A stretch of 63,599 bases of DNA, counting the filler, from Choristocarpus tenellus KU-1152 (taxonomy: Eukaryota; Protista; Phaeophyceae), in NCBI GenBank assembly GCA_964200185.2. It is 12 parts of 12 records of this genome, joined end to end, with 100 filler letters (N's around TTAATTAATTAA, not from the genome) between each part and the next. Parts side by side here need not be neighbours in the genome. Positions count along the whole stretch, not along the records: positions 60,883 to 63,599 come from CAXNAD020025345.1; 11 more parts are not named here. One strand, given 5' to 3'. Shown here one piece after another: positions 62,250 to 63,599 of the stretch. A program made the position numbers and the translations under genes. The number at the start of each line of letters is the position of its first letter. Position 1 is the first letter of the stretch. The notes below the pieces were generated by a model. That model worked only from the letters and a program-made list of their open reading frames with translations, ran no database searches and was not told where the DNA came from.

Positions 62250-63599
62250 TATACAACCTTGACTCCTGTCAAATTATTAGACGGGTAAAAAGATCATTTT
62301 CAACGATAGTACTAATTCTGTTATGATCGCATCGCTCTCTCGCTCTCTCTCTCTCCAAAAAATAAAAAAGCAACAACTCGTCGTTTGTTTGCTTCAAGAA
62401 TCATCAAGAATCAACAACCCGGAAGTACATAGGTACCTTTTTCGTAAAAAAAAAACTCCGGTGCAGACAGACCTCGCGCTGTTTAAAAAAAAAAAGGACT
62501 TCATCCATCACAACCAACACACCGAAAGTGGAGGGGAGAGGGGAACAAAGTCCCACCAGTACAAACGCCTTCCATATTCAACAACTGACCAACGCCAGAG
62601 CCCGTCACCAGTGGGGTCCTCTGCTGGCTTGTCGTCCCTGACCCCCCCCCCGGCCACAACAAGCCTCTCAAGGTTTGGGAAAACTTCTCAAGCTCCATGT
62701 ACGGTTGCATTGCGCGTACATCATCATCAGGTGGGAATCGATTTGATTCAAATATATTTTTTTAATATTTTTTTTTATACTTGAAACTATCAACGCATAC
62801 ACTCTCCTTAATCAAAATATTGAGGTATCACCCTGATGATATCACCCCTGAACCAGGAAAAAAAAAGAAGAGAGAGAATCTCGTAGATTTCGTTTTCGAT
62901 CACCCTGACTCTTGCTTGCTTCAACCTAATCTCTTATAATACAATACAATACAATACAATACAATACAATACAATACAATACAAAAAAGTGTGGAGGGAC
63001 AAAGGACAGACGCCTCACCGCGTGGGCTGCTGCTCACCTAAAAAATAAAATAAAAACTCGTGCGTTCCGCTCTTCCTCTCTGCTCGCCACGTACACACCG
63101 CCGCCCTGCACGCATGCATTTTTTTTTCCCCCTTTTCCCTCTCGGTTTCTAATGGAGCGCTTCTATTTTAAAAAATATATAATTTTTTTTTAATTGTATA
63201 TATATATACATAATACATAAATTGAGCTGAATCTTCAATTAAAAACATAAAGCTCGAAGTTCACTCTCATAGTTGATGAAAAGGTATACCTTGCCATTGG
63301 AGAATGAAGGCATTAGATGTGGCGGCACTTCATCATGGCATTAAATCACCTCATGTCCTTGTAGTCAGTGGTAGGCATAAGATTACTGTATCGTATACCA
63401 TATTGCCATCATACCCCGAGCAAAACTGGACACAGTAATCTGTATTCACTAACTGGTCAAAACAATTGTAAATTTGATTGGTTTTATAAAATATATAATA
63501 ATAGTGGGTTCCTTGCAATCTCCCCCCCCACCCCCCACCCCCCACCCCTCCCCCTCCCCCAATACATGTATATAAAATTTTAAAAGTCTACGCAGGGAC

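Overview
Eukaryotic nuclear DNA, not prokaryotic. Twelve separate contigs are joined by artificial 100-bp linkers (44N-TTAATTAATTAA-44N), so adjacency across linkers has no biological meaning. GT-AG introns, TTAGGG-type repeats and a bipartite-type plastid-targeting N-terminus suggest a photosynthetic stramenopile, probably a brown alga or relative (inference). Host genes: (1) a six-exon, 810-aa fusion of a UbiA/MenA-like prenyltransferase with an FAD-dependent monooxygenase; (2) convergent with it, an intronless SDR whose catalytic Tyr is replaced by Asp; (3) the FANCI N-terminus, with an in-frame TAG, divergent from a C1+VPS9-domain gene; (4) partial VPS41; (5) a partial plastid-targeted protein; (6) an RCC1-repeat exon. 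Much of the rest is decayed, nested mobile DNA: Copia, chromodomain Gypsy, PIF/Harbinger, mariner, 3' ends of an RLE-type non-LTR element, a foldback element, a hAT-like element and several MITE families, two with 4-bp TSDs (Sola-like). The best candidate for an undescribed system is the prenyltransferase-monooxygenase fusion plus the atypical SDR at 34268-41637, a possible meroterpenoid or prenyl-quinone mini-pathway.
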